64,000 bases of DNA, from positions 1,312,001 to 1,376,000 of the forward strand of contig OZ220696.1 of NCBI GenBank assembly GCA_965116495.1, in the 5' to 3' direction. This document shows, piece after piece, positions 1 to 9,930 of this stretch. Under the pieces are notes generated by a model. That model was not told where the DNA came from, searched no databases, and was given only the letters and a program-made list of their open reading frames with translations. The stretch is from Gammaproteobacteria bacterium. Its GTDB lineage: Bacteria; Pseudomonadota; Gammaproteobacteria; Eutrophobiales; Eutrophobiaceae. Position 1 is the stretch's first letter. The number at the start of each line of letters is the position of its first letter. A program made the position numbers and the translations under genes.

Positions 1-1863
1 CAGCGCGTGGAAGACGTCCTGCTCAACCGCCATCCGGACGCCACCGACCGGTTGGTCGAGTTTGCCGACACCGTCAAGGACAACGGTGACCGTACCAGGA
101 AAGAGGACGTACAGGCCTGGCGCCGCGAGCGTGTGGAAAAGCGTCTGTCCCATGCCCTGGTAAAGGGGATAGATACCTGGATCGAAGCCGATACGGAACA
201 AGCCCGGCAGCAGTTCGACCGGCCCCTGCAGGTTATCGAGGGACCGCTGATGGACGGGATGAATGTCGTCGGCGACCTATTCGGCGCCGGCAGGATGTTC
301 CTGCCCCAGGTGGTCAAGAGCGCCCGGGTCATGAAAAAGGCGGTCGCCTACCTGGTCCCGTACATAGAGGAGGAGAAACAGGGCGCGGCTGCGTCCCGTT
401 CCCGGGGCAGGATAGTCATGGCCACCGTCAAGGGCGACGTCCATGATATCGGCAAAAACATCGTCGGCGTGGTCCTGCAATGCAACAACTTCGAGATCAT
501 CGACCTGGGGGTCATGGCGCCGGCGGAAACCATCCTGAAAACGGCGATGGAACACGAAGCCGATCTTATTGGCCTGAGCGGGCTTATCACCCCGTCACTG
601 GATGAAATGGTGCACGTGGCGGGAGAGATGCAACGACGAGGCTTCGAAATTCCCCTGCTGATCGGCGGCGCCACCACCTCACGCACCCATACGGCAGTGA
701 AAATAGAACCGCGTTATGCCCCGCCCGTGATCCATGTCAAGGATGCCTCCCGCGCCGTCGGGGTGGCGCAGAGCCTGCTCAGCAAGGACCTGAAAGACGG
801 TTTCACCAAGCAGGTAAAACAGGACTACGAGACGTTGCGGGAACGGCACAAGGGCAGGCAGGCCGGGATAAAGTGGCTGGCGCTGGCACAAGCCCGCGCA
901 AACCGCTTGCCGGTCGACTGGCAAGACTATGAACCTCCCGCACCGGAATGGACCGGAGTTCAGTCAGTCGATGATTACTCCCTTGCTGAGCTGCGCGACT
1001 ACATGGACTGGACACCATTCTTCGTCGCCTGGGAACTTGCGGGCCGTTTCCCGCGCATTCTTGACGATGCGACAGTGGGTGCGGAAGCAAGGAAACTGTA
1101 CGGCGATGCGCGTGAAATGCTCGATAAAATCATCACGGAAAAGTGGTTCGCCGCGCGTGCCGTGTTCGGGCTGTTCCCGGCCAATTCCATCGGCCACGAT
1201 GATATCGAGGTTTACGCAGACCGTGACCGCAATGGACTGCTGTCGGTGTTCCATACCCTGCGCCAACAGACACGGAAACCGCCGGGGCAGAGCAACCTGG
1301 CCCTGGCGGATTTCGTCGCGCCGAAAGAAACCGGGAAACTGGACCATGTAGGCGTGTTTGCCGTGGCAGCCGGGTTCGGGATGGAAGAAAAACTGCGCCG
1401 CTTCGAACAGGACCATGACGACTACCGGGCCATCATGCTGAAAGCCCTGGCCGACCGCCTGGCAGAGGCCCTGGCGGAACGCCTGCACCAGCGCATACGC
1501 AAGGAGTTCTGGGGCTACCAGGAAGCCGAAAACCTGGACAATGATGCGCTCATAGCCGAGAAATACCAGGGGATCCGTCCTGCGCCCGGCTATCCGGCCT
1601 GCCCCGACCACACGGAGAAACCGTTGATCTGGGACCTGCTGAAAGTGGCGGAAAATACCGGAATAACCCTGACGGATAATTACGCCATGTACCCTGCCGC
1701 GGCCGTATGCGGCCTGTATTTCTCCCATCCCCGGGCGCGCTACTTCGGTCTCGGCAAGATCAACCGCGACCAGGTTTCCGACTACGCCCTGAGGAAAGGT
1801 ATGGAACTGCGCCAGGCGGAACGCTGGCTCGGTCCCAGCCTGGGCTACGACCCCGAAACCTAG
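1..1863 (+). CDS. metH: Cobalamin-dependent methionine synthase, 5'-partial
   Basis: B12-binding motif [15 protein letters not shown] and SGLITPSL; C-terminal activation domain [14 protein letters not shown]; ORF open at window start. Confidence 0.97.
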   Translation, partial: QRVEDVLLNRHPDATDRLVEFADTVKDNGDRTRKEDVQAWRRERVEKRLSHALVKGIDTWIEADTEQARQQFDRPLQVIEGPLMDGMNVVGDLFGAGRMFLPQVVKSARVMKKAVAYLVPYIEEEKQGAAASRSRGRIVMATVKGDVHDIGKNIVGVVLQCNNFEIIDLGVMAPAETILKTAMEHEADLIGLSGLITPSLDEMVHVAGEMQRRGFEIPLLIGGATTSRTHTAVKIEPRYAPPVIHVKDASRAVGVAQSLLSKDLKDGFTKQVKQDYETLRERHKGRQAGIKWLALAQARANRLPVDWQDYEPPAPEWTGVQSVDDYSLAELRDYMDWTPFFVAWELAGRFPRILDDATVGAEARKLYGDAREMLDKIITEKWFAARAVFGLFPANSIGHDDIEVYADRDRNGLLSVFHTLRQQTRKPPGQSNLALADFVAPKETGKLDHVGVFAVAAGFGMEEKLRRFEQDHDDYRAIMLKALADRLAEALAERLHQRIRKEFWGYQEAENLDNDALIAEKYQGIRPAPGYPACPDHTEKPLIWDLLKVAENTGITLTDNYAMYPAAAVCGLYFSHPRARYFGLGKINRDQVSDYALRKGMELRQAERWLGPSLGYDPET

Positions 1864-3480
1864 CAGTCTGTCGGACTTAGGGCTGGGATAGAGGTATAAT
1901 AGACGACACGATTTGATGATACCACACGCTGTTCGATAGAGGCTGCTTCGATGGAAAACTTTGTGCAAAGTGACCGTAACCAACCCTACCTGTTACCACC
2001 GGATTTACGCGAGTGGCTACCCGAGGATGACCTGGCGCATTTTGTCGTGGCAGCGGTGGAACGGGTGCCTTTGAGTCAGTTTGTGGTGAACACCCGGGGC
2101 ACGGGGTCGGCACAGTATCACCCGCGTATCATGCTGGCGTTGCTGATTTATTGTTATGCGAACGGTATTTTTTCCTCGCGCCGGATTGAGCGAGCGACGT
2201 ACCGGGATATCGGGGTGCGTTACGTGACGGCGAACACGCACCCGGACCATGACACGATTTGCAAGTTCCGGCGGGAGAACCTTGAGGCGGTACAGGCGGG
2301 TTTTGTGGAGGTGTTATTGCTGGCGAAGGAATTGAAGTTGTTGACGGTGGGCCGGGTGAGTGTGGACGGGACGAAGGTGAAGGCGGCTGCGAGCAAGCGG
2401 CGCAGTATCCGCTATGACCGGGCGGTGGAATTACGCGAGCAGTTGCGGGGTGAGGTCAAGGATTTGCTGGCCGAAGCGGAGCGTGCGGACAGCCAGGACG
2501 CGGCGGACCCGCAGCAGTTGCCGAAGGCGTTGGCGCGGCGGGAGGCGCTGGCGACGCAACTGGATGCGGCCTGCGCACGTCTGGAGCGCCAGGCCAAGGC
2601 GCAAGCGCAGGCGGACCAGGCCGAGTACGAGCGCAAGGTGGCGGCGCGTGAGAAGCGTCGGGGCCGGGCCAAGGGGCACCCTATCAAGCCGCCGGAAGAC
2701 ACCCCGGCGGAGGACACCCAGGTGAACCTGACGGATGCGGACAGTTCCCTGATGCGCAAGAACAAACGCAGTGAGTACCGGCAGGCGTACAATGCGCAGG
2801 CGGTGGTGGATGCGGACGGCAGCCAGTTGGTGCTGGGGACGCGGGTCAGCCAATGCGCCAGCGACCGCAACGAATTGGTCGCTGACATTGACTCGGTGCC
2901 GGCGGCGTTGGGGACCCCTGCCCAGGTGTTGGCGGACAACGGCTATGCGACGGAGACAGAAGTGGCTGCGCTGACCGGTCGGGAGATAGACGTGCTGGTG
3001 GCGGTGGGGACGGAGGACCGGCGCCGGCGGCATGACTTCCGCCCGTTGCCGGACCCGGCGCAGGCGGCCAAGCCCAAGCCGGCGAAAGCGCCCTGGCTGG
3101 TGGCGATGCAAGAGAAGTTATCACAGGCGGACAACCGGGCCAGCTACCGGTTGCGGCAGCAGACCGTGGAGCCGGTGTTCGGTATCATGAAGCAGGCCCT
3201 GGGGTTCCGGCAGTTTCTCCTGCGCGGCCATGAGAAGGTGACCGGTGAGTGGCAGTTACTGGCCCTGGCCTACAACTGTAAACGCCTGCATAACATGCAG
3301 CTGGCCTGATGCAGGGGGCAGTGGGTGTTTACCCGGTCAGGACAGGCGCCTGGTGAGGTCTGTACATCCCCATAATGTACATGTATAGGTTCAGGCAACA
3401 TGCACGTGCGCCTTGCCGCGACAAAAAGACCTGAAAAGTGGTCCGCAAAGATAATCGCAGCGCCCAAGTCCGACAGACTG
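1864..3480 (+). mobile_element. IS1182-family insertion sequence (1617 bp)
   Basis: Perfect 15-bp terminal IRs cagtctgtcggactt (1864-1878) / aagtccgacagactg (3466-3480); CTAG on both flanks (1860-1863, 3481-3484). Confidence 0.92.
1951..3309 (+). CDS. IS1182-family DDE transposase
   Basis: N-terminal DUF772-like YHPRIMLALLIYCYANGIFSSRRIE, PDHDTICKFRR, VDGTK, LADNGY, YRLRQQTVEPVFG. Confidence 0.93.
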   Translation: MENFVQSDRNQPYLLPPDLREWLPEDDLAHFVVAAVERVPLSQFVVNTRGTGSAQYHPRIMLALLIYCYANGIFSSRRIERATYRDIGVRYVTANTHPDHDTICKFRRENLEAVQAGFVEVLLLAKELKLLTVGRVSVDGTKVKAAASKRRSIRYDRAVELREQLRGEVKDLLAEAERADSQDAADPQQLPKALARREALATQLDAACARLERQAKAQAQADQAEYERKVAAREKRRGRAKGHPIKPPEDTPAEDTQVNLTDADSSLMRKNKRSEYRQAYNAQAVVDADGSQLVLGTRVSQCASDRNELVADIDSVPAALGTPAQVLADNGYATETEVAALTGREIDVLVAVGTEDRRRRHDFRPLPDPAQAAKPKPAKAPWLVAMQEKLSQADNRASYRLRQQTVEPVFGIMKQALGFRQFLLRGHEKVTGEWQLLALAYNCKRLHNMQLA

Positions 3481-3483
3481 CTA

Positions 3484-3746
3484 GTACCCTTTCCAGTTAA
3501 TATTGACATGTTCAGCGGGTCGGGAAGCGGTTGAGCGCAAGGCACGCCGCGCCGGGAATGGCGCGTCCTTGCCAAGCGGCGTAACGCCGCGGGCGACCGC
3601 TTCCCGGCCCGCCCGCAGGGAGCGACACAGCAACGCCAATACGGCGTTGCAGCCCTTGACAAGGGCGCGCCATTCTCTACGGGCTGCGCCTTGTCTTGGC
3701 GTTGCCGTGTAGCTCTGAACATGGCAATATTAACTGGAAAGGGTAC
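3484..3746. mobile_element. Non-autonomous MITE (263 bp) with TA target duplication
   Basis: 32-bp terminal IRs (3484-3515 / 3715-3746, 1 mismatch), TA at 3482-3483 and 3747-3748, two long internal hairpins, no credible ORF. Confidence 0.85.
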
Positions 3747-3863
3747 TAACGCAGGGACGCAATTCAATTCCGTCCCCATGGAAAGATTCGCTTGTGCATC
3801 CATGTTAATATCCGTTTATAATTTCGCATAACAGAATAACCGCCGGAAGGAGTCAGACAAACC

Positions 3864-4760
3864 ATGTACCCCGCACCATTCCGTTACCACCGGCCCGGTA
3901 CGCTCGATAGCGCAATCTCGCTTCTGGCGGAACTGGGGGAAGGCGCCAGACCCCTGGCCGGAGGGCAATCGCTCATACCCATCCTGAAGATGCGCATGGA
4001 TGAACCTTCCGACCTGGTGGACATAGGCCGCCTGCCGGAGTTGATGCACATCCGCAAAGAGAAAAACCGTTTCTGTATCGGCGCCCTGGCGACCCATGCC
4101 CGGATTGCCGCGTCCGAGGTTGCCGACGAGATCCCCATTATCCGGGACTGTGCGGCGCGGATTGCCGACCCGCAGGTAAGAGCCCTGGGAACCATCGGCG
4201 GATCGGTCAGCATTGCCGACCCCAGCAGCGACTGGCCGACCCTGCTGCATACCCTGGACGCCGGAGTCGTCTGCAAAGGACCTGGCGGAACCCGCATTGT
4301 GGCGATCCATGATTTCATTACGGACTCCTACACCAACAGCCTGGCCGAGGCGGAACTGGTCACGGAAATCCAGGTGCCCATCCCCCCGGCGCGCAGCGGC
4401 GGCGCATACATCGGTTTCAAGAAAGCCGCCCCGGCCTACCCCGCAGCATCGGTGGGCGTGCAACTGATGTTGACAGTCGGCAATATCTGCCATGACATTC
4501 GCCTGGTACTGGGCGCGGCAGGTCCGACTCCGGTAACATCCGGGAAGGTTGAACAATCGCTCATCGGCCATCCACTCACGAATGAAAAGCTGCAACAAGC
4601 TGCCGAAGCGCTGGTGGAATTATCAGATCCGCCTACTGATGCGCGCGGTTCCGCGGCGTTCAAACGCGTCATCCTGCGTTCATTGTTCATGCGCACCGCG
4701 CATACGGCCTTGCAGAGGGCCAAGGGTGAATCCGTATCCGGGAGTCATGATTATGTCTGA
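3864..4760 (+). CDS. Xanthine dehydrogenase/CoxM-family FAD-binding subunit
   Basis: MYPAPFRYHRP, LAGGQSLIP, IADPQVRALGTIGGS motifs. Confidence 0.92.
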   Translation: MYPAPFRYHRPGTLDSAISLLAELGEGARPLAGGQSLIPILKMRMDEPSDLVDIGRLPELMHIRKEKNRFCIGALATHARIAASEVADEIPIIRDCAARIADPQVRALGTIGGSVSIADPSSDWPTLLHTLDAGVVCKGPGGTRIVAIHDFITDSYTNSLAEAELVTEIQVPIPPARSGGAYIGFKKAAPAYPAASVGVQLMLTVGNICHDIRLVLGAAGPTPVTSGKVEQSLIGHPLTNEKLQQAAEALVELSDPPTDARGSAAFKRVILRSLFMRTAHTALQRAKGESVSGSHDYV

Positions 4761-5241
4761 GCCATTACAGTCCGTAACCATTAATGTCAGCGTGAATGGA
4801 AAAGCCTGCCGGCGTGACGTGGAGCCGCGGCAATTACTGGTTGAATTCATTCGTGAGGAACTGCGCCTGACCGGCACGCACATCGGTTGCGACACGAGTT
4901 TCTGCGGGGCCTGTACCGTGCTGCTGGACGGCGCTGCCGTCAAGTCATGCACATTGTTCGCAGTACAGGCCGACGGCGCGCAGATCACCACCGTCGAAGC
5001 GCTGGAGCAGGACGGGCAGATGCATCCGTTGCAGCAGGCATTTTCCGAACATCACGGCCTGCAGTGCGGGTATTGCACACCGGGGATGCTCATGTCGTCC
5101 GTGGCGCTGCTGGCGGAAAACCCGGAGCCGGATACACAGGACATCCGCAAGGCGCTGTCCGGAAACGTCTGCCGCTGCACCGGCTACCAGAACATCATCA
5201 AGTCCGTACAGGCAGCAGCCACGATGTTAAAGGGGGCATAA
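4753..5241 (+). CDS. CoxS-family 2x[2Fe-2S] subunit
   Basis: GCDTSFCGAC...C and QCGYCTPG...CRCTGY; start placed at MSEPLQ, overlapping the coxM-like stop. Confidence 0.93.
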   Translation: MSEPLQSVTINVSVNGKACRRDVEPRQLLVEFIREELRLTGTHIGCDTSFCGACTVLLDGAAVKSCTLFAVQADGAQITTVEALEQDGQMHPLQQAFSEHHGLQCGYCTPGMLMSSVALLAENPEPDTQDIRKALSGNVCRCTGYQNIIKSVQAAATMLKGA

Positions 5242-5244
5242 ACC

Positions 5245-8200
5245 ATGAAAATGTACTTTTCCGGCGAATTCAGTGTAGACCTGCCCAAAGCGGAGGTCTA
5301 CTCGCTGCTATCGGACCCGGAGCAGTTTGCGCCCTTGTTACCGGGTTTCCACAGCATGGAAATGAAAAACGCAAACACCGCCCTCATACGCGCCAGGGTC
5401 GGCATCGGTAGAATCGGCGGTATCGCATCAACGGAATTAAGCCTGGGGGAAACCGAACCACCGCGCCGCGCCGGATACATAGGCAGGGGCAAGCTCATGC
5501 AGGGCGTCTACACCTTGCGCACCTCTTTTGACCTGAGCGACGCCGGCGCCGGCACGCTGATCAGCTGGCAGGGAGAGACACATCTCACGGGCAAAATCCT
5601 GTCCCTGGCAGGCGGCGGTATCCGCGGCTACGCCGAGAAAGAGATCAATAAACTCATTGCCAGCCTGGAGGCGGCGCTCTCCCCCGGGGCCGCGCCGTCG
5701 GAACCCGCTGAGACCGGTGGCTGGTTCAGCCGTATCCTGAGCGGGCTGTCCGGCGTGAGCGACAGCGCAACACCGGCACTGGTTGAAGCGCAAAACACTT
5801 CAGAAGTCTCGGAACAACTGCAGGCCGAGCGCAATGCCGCGCGCATCCGCGCCAACGCAGTGCTCGACGCCCCGCGCCGGGACGCAAAACCCGCCAGGCG
5901 CGAGGATGATCGCCTGGTCAAGGGCAAGGGGTACTTCGTCGACGACTACAGTCCCGCCGGCCTGATGCACATGACCCTGGTGCGTTCGCCTTACGCCCAT
6001 GCCCGCATCGTCGATATCGACGTGTCCAAGGCAGAGGCGCTGCCCGGCGTGGCATGCACCCTCACCGGTAAGGAAGTCATGGCCATGAGCGACCCGTTTA
6101 TCCAGATCGGCGCCGGTGCGCCGCAGAACATTACCGACTACGCCCTGGCAACGGACAAAGCCATTTACCAGGGTGATCCGGTGGTCGCAGTCGTAGCCGA
6201 GTCCATATCCATCGCCGAGGACGCCGCCCAGCTCGTCGAGGTGGTATACGAACCACTGGACGTGGTGCTGGACCCCGAACAGGCGCTGGAAGACAAGGTC
6301 ATCGTCCACGATGAGGCGGGCACCAACGCAACCTTCCAGGGCATCTATGATTATGGCGACGTCGACCAGGCGTTAGCTGACGCGGCCCACGTGGTCAGGA
6401 TTGACAAACTGAACTTCCACCGCTTCGGCAGTACTGCCCTTGAACCCAACGCCTGTGTCGCCACCTGGGACCCCAGGGACGAGATAGATTTATTTTCCAA
6501 TACCATCATGACGGTCCCCCTGGTGTTCCTGGCGCCGGCGCTGCGCGTCAGGATGGACCAGATCCGCCTGCGCACCTACGATATCGGCGGCAGCTTCGGC
6601 AACAAGATCTGCAATTACCCGTACCTGGCCCTGGCCTGCCTGGCCTCGAAAAAATTGAACGGCGCGCCGGTGAAATGGATAGAAACCCGCGCCGGACACA
6701 TGCTGGCGGGAGGGCACGGCAGCGAGCGCGTTTACCTGGATACTGAAGTCGCCCTGGACAGTGACGGCGTTATCACGGCGATCCGGTCGAAACATATCGA
6801 TGATATAGGCGGCTATCCCCGTTACGAACCCCTGGGTTCCGTCATCTGGTCCCAGGTACTGCCCGCGTCCTACAAGCTGCGCAACATCAGCATCGATTTC
6901 AACCAGGTCACCACCAACAAGGGCCCGGCAGCCCCCAACCGCGGCTACTCACGGCTGCCGCATATCTGGTTCATGGAACGGGTGATAGATATCTGCGGGC
7001 ATGAACTCGGTATCCCCGCCGACGAGATACGGCTGAAAAACTATGTAGAGGAGTTTCCGTACGAGACGCCTAACGGCTGTGTTTATGATTCCGGCGATTT
7101 CCCCGCCATGCTCGCCAAGGCCAAGGAAATGGTGGGCTGGGATGCGTGGAAAAAGAAGCAGGCACAAGCCCGGGAGGAAGGCCGGCTGATCGGCATCGGC
7201 ATCGGCACCACCCTTGACTCGGGCACCAATAACTGGGGCCAGGCGCGCTACGTCAACCCCGACGCACCGTTTTCGGGCAATTCCACTGCTGCAACCATAA
7301 AGCTGGACCTGGATGGTTCGGTCGTAGTCAGCCTGGGCACGTTCCCCCAGGGCCAGGGCCATGAAACCACCACGGCGCAGGTAGTGGGTGAAGTGCTGGG
7401 TATCCCGCCTGAACTGGTCCATGTGAAGACGGGCTTTGATTCACTCAATGACAGCCACACCGGCCAGTCCGGCACTTACGCCAGCCAGTTTGCGGTCACC
7501 GGCCTGTCGGCGGCCCACGGCGCCGCGCTCAAACTCAAGGCGGAAATGGCAAAACTGGCCTGTTTCGCCCTGGAAGCGGTGGAAGAAGACCTGGAATACG
7601 GTGTCGGCGACATGGGTCCGCAGGTGGGCGTAAAAGGCACGGACCGGGCGCTCAATTACTGGATGCTGGCCAACTTCATCAACTCGAACAGCGCCACCCT
7701 GCCGGACGAATTACGCGGCCTGTCGCTGAACGCCCGCCACGTCTACATGCCGCCGTTCAAGCTCCCTGACGTTGAGAAAAAGATCGGCAACCTGACCCTT
7801 ACCTACGCCCTGCAACTGCATATCTCCGTGGTCGAAGTCAACCCGGATACCTTCCAGACCAGGATACTGGACTACGCCATCGTCGATGACTGCGGCAAAG
7901 TGATCAATCCCATGATCGTGGAAGGGCAGGTCCACGGCGCGGCAGCCCACGGCATCGGCGCGACGCTGGTCGAAGACATATCCTACGATGCGAGCGGCAA
8001 CGCCATTTCTGGTTCCTTCACTGATTATGCGCCGATCACCATCAGCACCATGCCGGAACTCAAGTGTTCCAACCGGCAATCTCCCTCCCCGTTCACCTTT
8101 CACGGCGCCAAGGGTATGGGTGAAGGGGGCGGCGGCCCCTTGCACTCCCTGTGCGCGGCCCTGCAGGATGCGCTGCACGACAAGGACATCATCATAGAGA

Positions 8201-8283
8201 ACTCCCATAACTCGCCCATGTCCATGTTTGAGCGCTTTGCTGGCGGAGTGAAAAAAGGAGTGGCTGTCGAGAGACGTAATTGA
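5245..8283 (+). CDS. Molybdopterin hydroxylase large subunit with fused N-terminal CoxG/SRPBCC domain
   Basis: First ~150 aa CoxG-like; then REDDRLVKGKGYFVDD, GGSFGNK, QGQGHETT, EGQVHG, AKGMGE. Confidence 0.88.
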   Translation: MKMYFSGEFSVDLPKAEVYSLLSDPEQFAPLLPGFHSMEMKNANTALIRARVGIGRIGGIASTELSLGETEPPRRAGYIGRGKLMQGVYTLRTSFDLSDAGAGTLISWQGETHLTGKILSLAGGGIRGYAEKEINKLIASLEAALSPGAAPSEPAETGGWFSRILSGLSGVSDSATPALVEAQNTSEVSEQLQAERNAARIRANAVLDAPRRDAKPARREDDRLVKGKGYFVDDYSPAGLMHMTLVRSPYAHARIVDIDVSKAEALPGVACTLTGKEVMAMSDPFIQIGAGAPQNITDYALATDKAIYQGDPVVAVVAESISIAEDAAQLVEVVYEPLDVVLDPEQALEDKVIVHDEAGTNATFQGIYDYGDVDQALADAAHVVRIDKLNFHRFGSTALEPNACVATWDPRDEIDLFSNTIMTVPLVFLAPALRVRMDQIRLRTYDIGGSFGNKICNYPYLALACLASKKLNGAPVKWIETRAGHMLAGGHGSERVYLDTEVALDSDGVITAIRSKHIDDIGGYPRYEPLGSVIWSQVLPASYKLRNISIDFNQVTTNKGPAAPNRGYSRLPHIWFMERVIDICGHELGIPADEIRLKNYVEEFPYETPNGCVYDSGDFPAMLAKAKEMVGWDAWKKKQAQAREEGRLIGIGIGTTLDSGTNNWGQARYVNPDAPFSGNSTAATIKLDLDGSVVVSLGTFPQGQGHETTTAQVVGEVLGIPPELVHVKTGFDSLNDSHTGQSGTYASQFAVTGLSAAHGAALKLKAEMAKLACFALEAVEEDLEYGVGDMGPQVGVKGTDRALNYWMLANFINSNSATLPDELRGLSLNARHVYMPPFKLPDVEKKIGNLTLTYALQLHISVVEVNPDTFQTRILDYAIVDDCGKVINPMIVEGQVHGAAAHGIGATLVEDISYDASGNAISGSFTDYAPITISTMPELKCSNRQSPSPFTFHGAKGMGEGGGGPLHSLCAALQDALHDKDIIIENSHNSPMSMFERFAGGVKKGVAVERRN

Positions 8284-8292
8284 TCTCCCGTT

Positions 8293-8448
8293 CGTCATTC
8301 CAGCTCCCTTGCTCGTCATTCCAGCTCCCTTGCTCGTCATTCCCGCGCAGGCGGGAATCCAGTGGAACATCCGCCACGCAGGGACACCTTGCAAAGTGTC
8401 ACAAGCGACCGCTTTGTTGACTGGATTCCGGCATCTGCCGGAATGACG
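8293..8448. repeat. REP/dRS3-like palindrome pair preceded by a 21-bp tandem duplication
   Basis: (cgtcattccagctcccttgct)x2 at 8293-8334; cgtcattcccgcgcaggcgggaatccagt at 8335-8363; inverted partner at 8420-8448. Confidence 0.85.
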
Positions 8449-8451
8449 GTT

Positions 8452-9444
8452 ATGCCCGTTTCTTTTCATATAGGCATCCTGCCCAACCGGCCCCTGGCGG
8501 ATTTTGTCGACTGGGTCGCCCGCGCCGAGACCCTGGGTTTTGGCGGTGTCTGGGTGGCGGACTCCCAGTCCGTATTCCGCGATGCCTTCATGGCCCTGAC
8601 CCTGTTCGCCGACCGCACCAGCCGCATGGAACTGGCGACCGGCGTCACCAACGTGATCACCCGGCATCCCGCGGTCCTGGCCCACAGTTATGCCTCCCTG
8701 GATGAATATTCCAACGGCCGCGCGGTACTGGGCATAGGGCTCGGGGATAGCGCGGTCCATACGATCGGGGAGAAACCCGCCAAACTTAGGCGCATGGAAT
8801 ATATCATCGCTGTGCTCAGACGCCTGATGGCGGGAGAAGAGGTTGATTTTGACGGCCAACACATCAAGGTAAGCTGGCCGCCGCGCAGGGTGCCGGTAGT
8901 CACTGCCTGCACCGGGCCGAAATCCCTGCAACTGGCCGGCCGTATCGCCGACGGCGTACTGTTCCAGGTGGGGGCTGACCCGGACCTGGTGCGCTACGCA
9001 AAAAAGAACATCGACATCGGCGCCGCACAGGCCGGTCGCGACCTGTCCGATATCAAGCTGTACCAGCGCCTGGCCTTTGCCGTGTCGGACGATCGTGAAC
9101 AGGTGCGCGCCGAGGCGCGCGGTTATGCCTCAGTCGCGGCGAGCACGATCCACAAGGCTGTGCCGCACGAGGATATGCCTGCCGACCTGTTCCGCGACCT
9201 GCAGATCATGAAGGAGAAATATGACTACCAGCAGCACGGCAGCATGGATGCGCAACAGGCCGGACTGATCACTGACCGCATCCTGGATGCAGTGGCGATA
9301 ACCGGCACACCTGATGAAGTAATACCCAGGTTAAGGGAGCTGACAGACCTGGGTATTGAGAATTTTGTCCTGCCGATCGCGACAAAACACCCGGATGCGG
9401 TTATCAATACCCTGGCCGAAAAGGTAATGCCGTATATTGCCTGA
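8452..9444 (+). CDS. LLM-class (Mer-like) flavin/F420-dependent oxidoreductase
   Basis: GVWVADSQ, TGVTNVITRHP, GRAVLGIGLGDS, GPKSLQLAGRIADG; the track's N-terminal extension is repeat-derived. Confidence 0.88.
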   Translation: MPVSFHIGILPNRPLADFVDWVARAETLGFGGVWVADSQSVFRDAFMALTLFADRTSRMELATGVTNVITRHPAVLAHSYASLDEYSNGRAVLGIGLGDSAVHTIGEKPAKLRRMEYIIAVLRRLMAGEEVDFDGQHIKVSWPPRRVPVVTACTGPKSLQLAGRIADGVLFQVGADPDLVRYAKKNIDIGAAQAGRDLSDIKLYQRLAFAVSDDREQVRAEARGYASVAASTIHKAVPHEDMPADLFRDLQIMKEKYDYQQHGSMDAQQAGLITDRILDAVAITGTPDEVIPRLRELTDLGIENFVLPIATKHPDAVINTLAEKVMPYIA

Positions 9445-9551
9445 CTGGTTCCCGGCGTTCGCCGGGACGACGAGTTAGCCGGAACGACAGGGGCCAGTGC
9501 CTTTATATGCTATACTGCTGCACCTTATTTGAACTGCCAGGAGATACAAAA

Positions 9552-9845
9552 ATGTTTAACAAGCCTCTGATAATCATGCTGCTGTTGTCTGTGTTACTCT
9601 CCGGATACGCTGTTGCCGGTGAAGATTACGTGGGCAGCCTGATCACGGCTACACCGTATGAAGGCCGGCAACTGGCTATTAAGCTGGCCAGGAAATCCAT
9701 CGGCGAGATGCAGTCGGACTCTGCTGTAAAAAAAGAAGTGCGCGCCCAGTACTCCACAGATGGTGGGATGCTGATAGATGCAGCCGAGGTTATCGCCATA
9801 GAATTCGCCACCATAGCCAAGGCGAATAATTACTGGCGTAAATAG
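9552..9845 (+). CDS. Hexameric tyrosine-coordinated heme protein (HTHP) homolog with signal peptide
   Basis: SLITATPYEGRQLAIKLARK...QY...EFATIAKANNYW resembles HTHP; hydrophobic leader ending AVA. Confidence 0.75.
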   Translation: MFNKPLIIMLLLSVLLSGYAVAGEDYVGSLITATPYEGRQLAIKLARKSIGEMQSDSAVKKEVRAQYSTDGGMLIDAAEVIAIEFATIAKANNYWRK

Positions 9846-9930
9846 CGTTTTATAGCCCCGGCCTGAGGCCGGCAAGCCAATTACGGCCCAGGTTGTCGTA
9901 CGCGCGGTATGGTGGCGCGGTGAAGCAGGC

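Noticed and set aside
5245-8283. Aerobic CO dehydrogenase (coxL)
   Set aside because: Lacks the AYxCSFR and AYRGAGR loops; no coxDEF in the operon
8362-8451. N-terminal extensions in track ORFs (8362, 4549, 23583, 34004, 45321, 51176)
   Set aside because: They run through repeats, promoters or the upstream gene; homology starts at downstream ATGs
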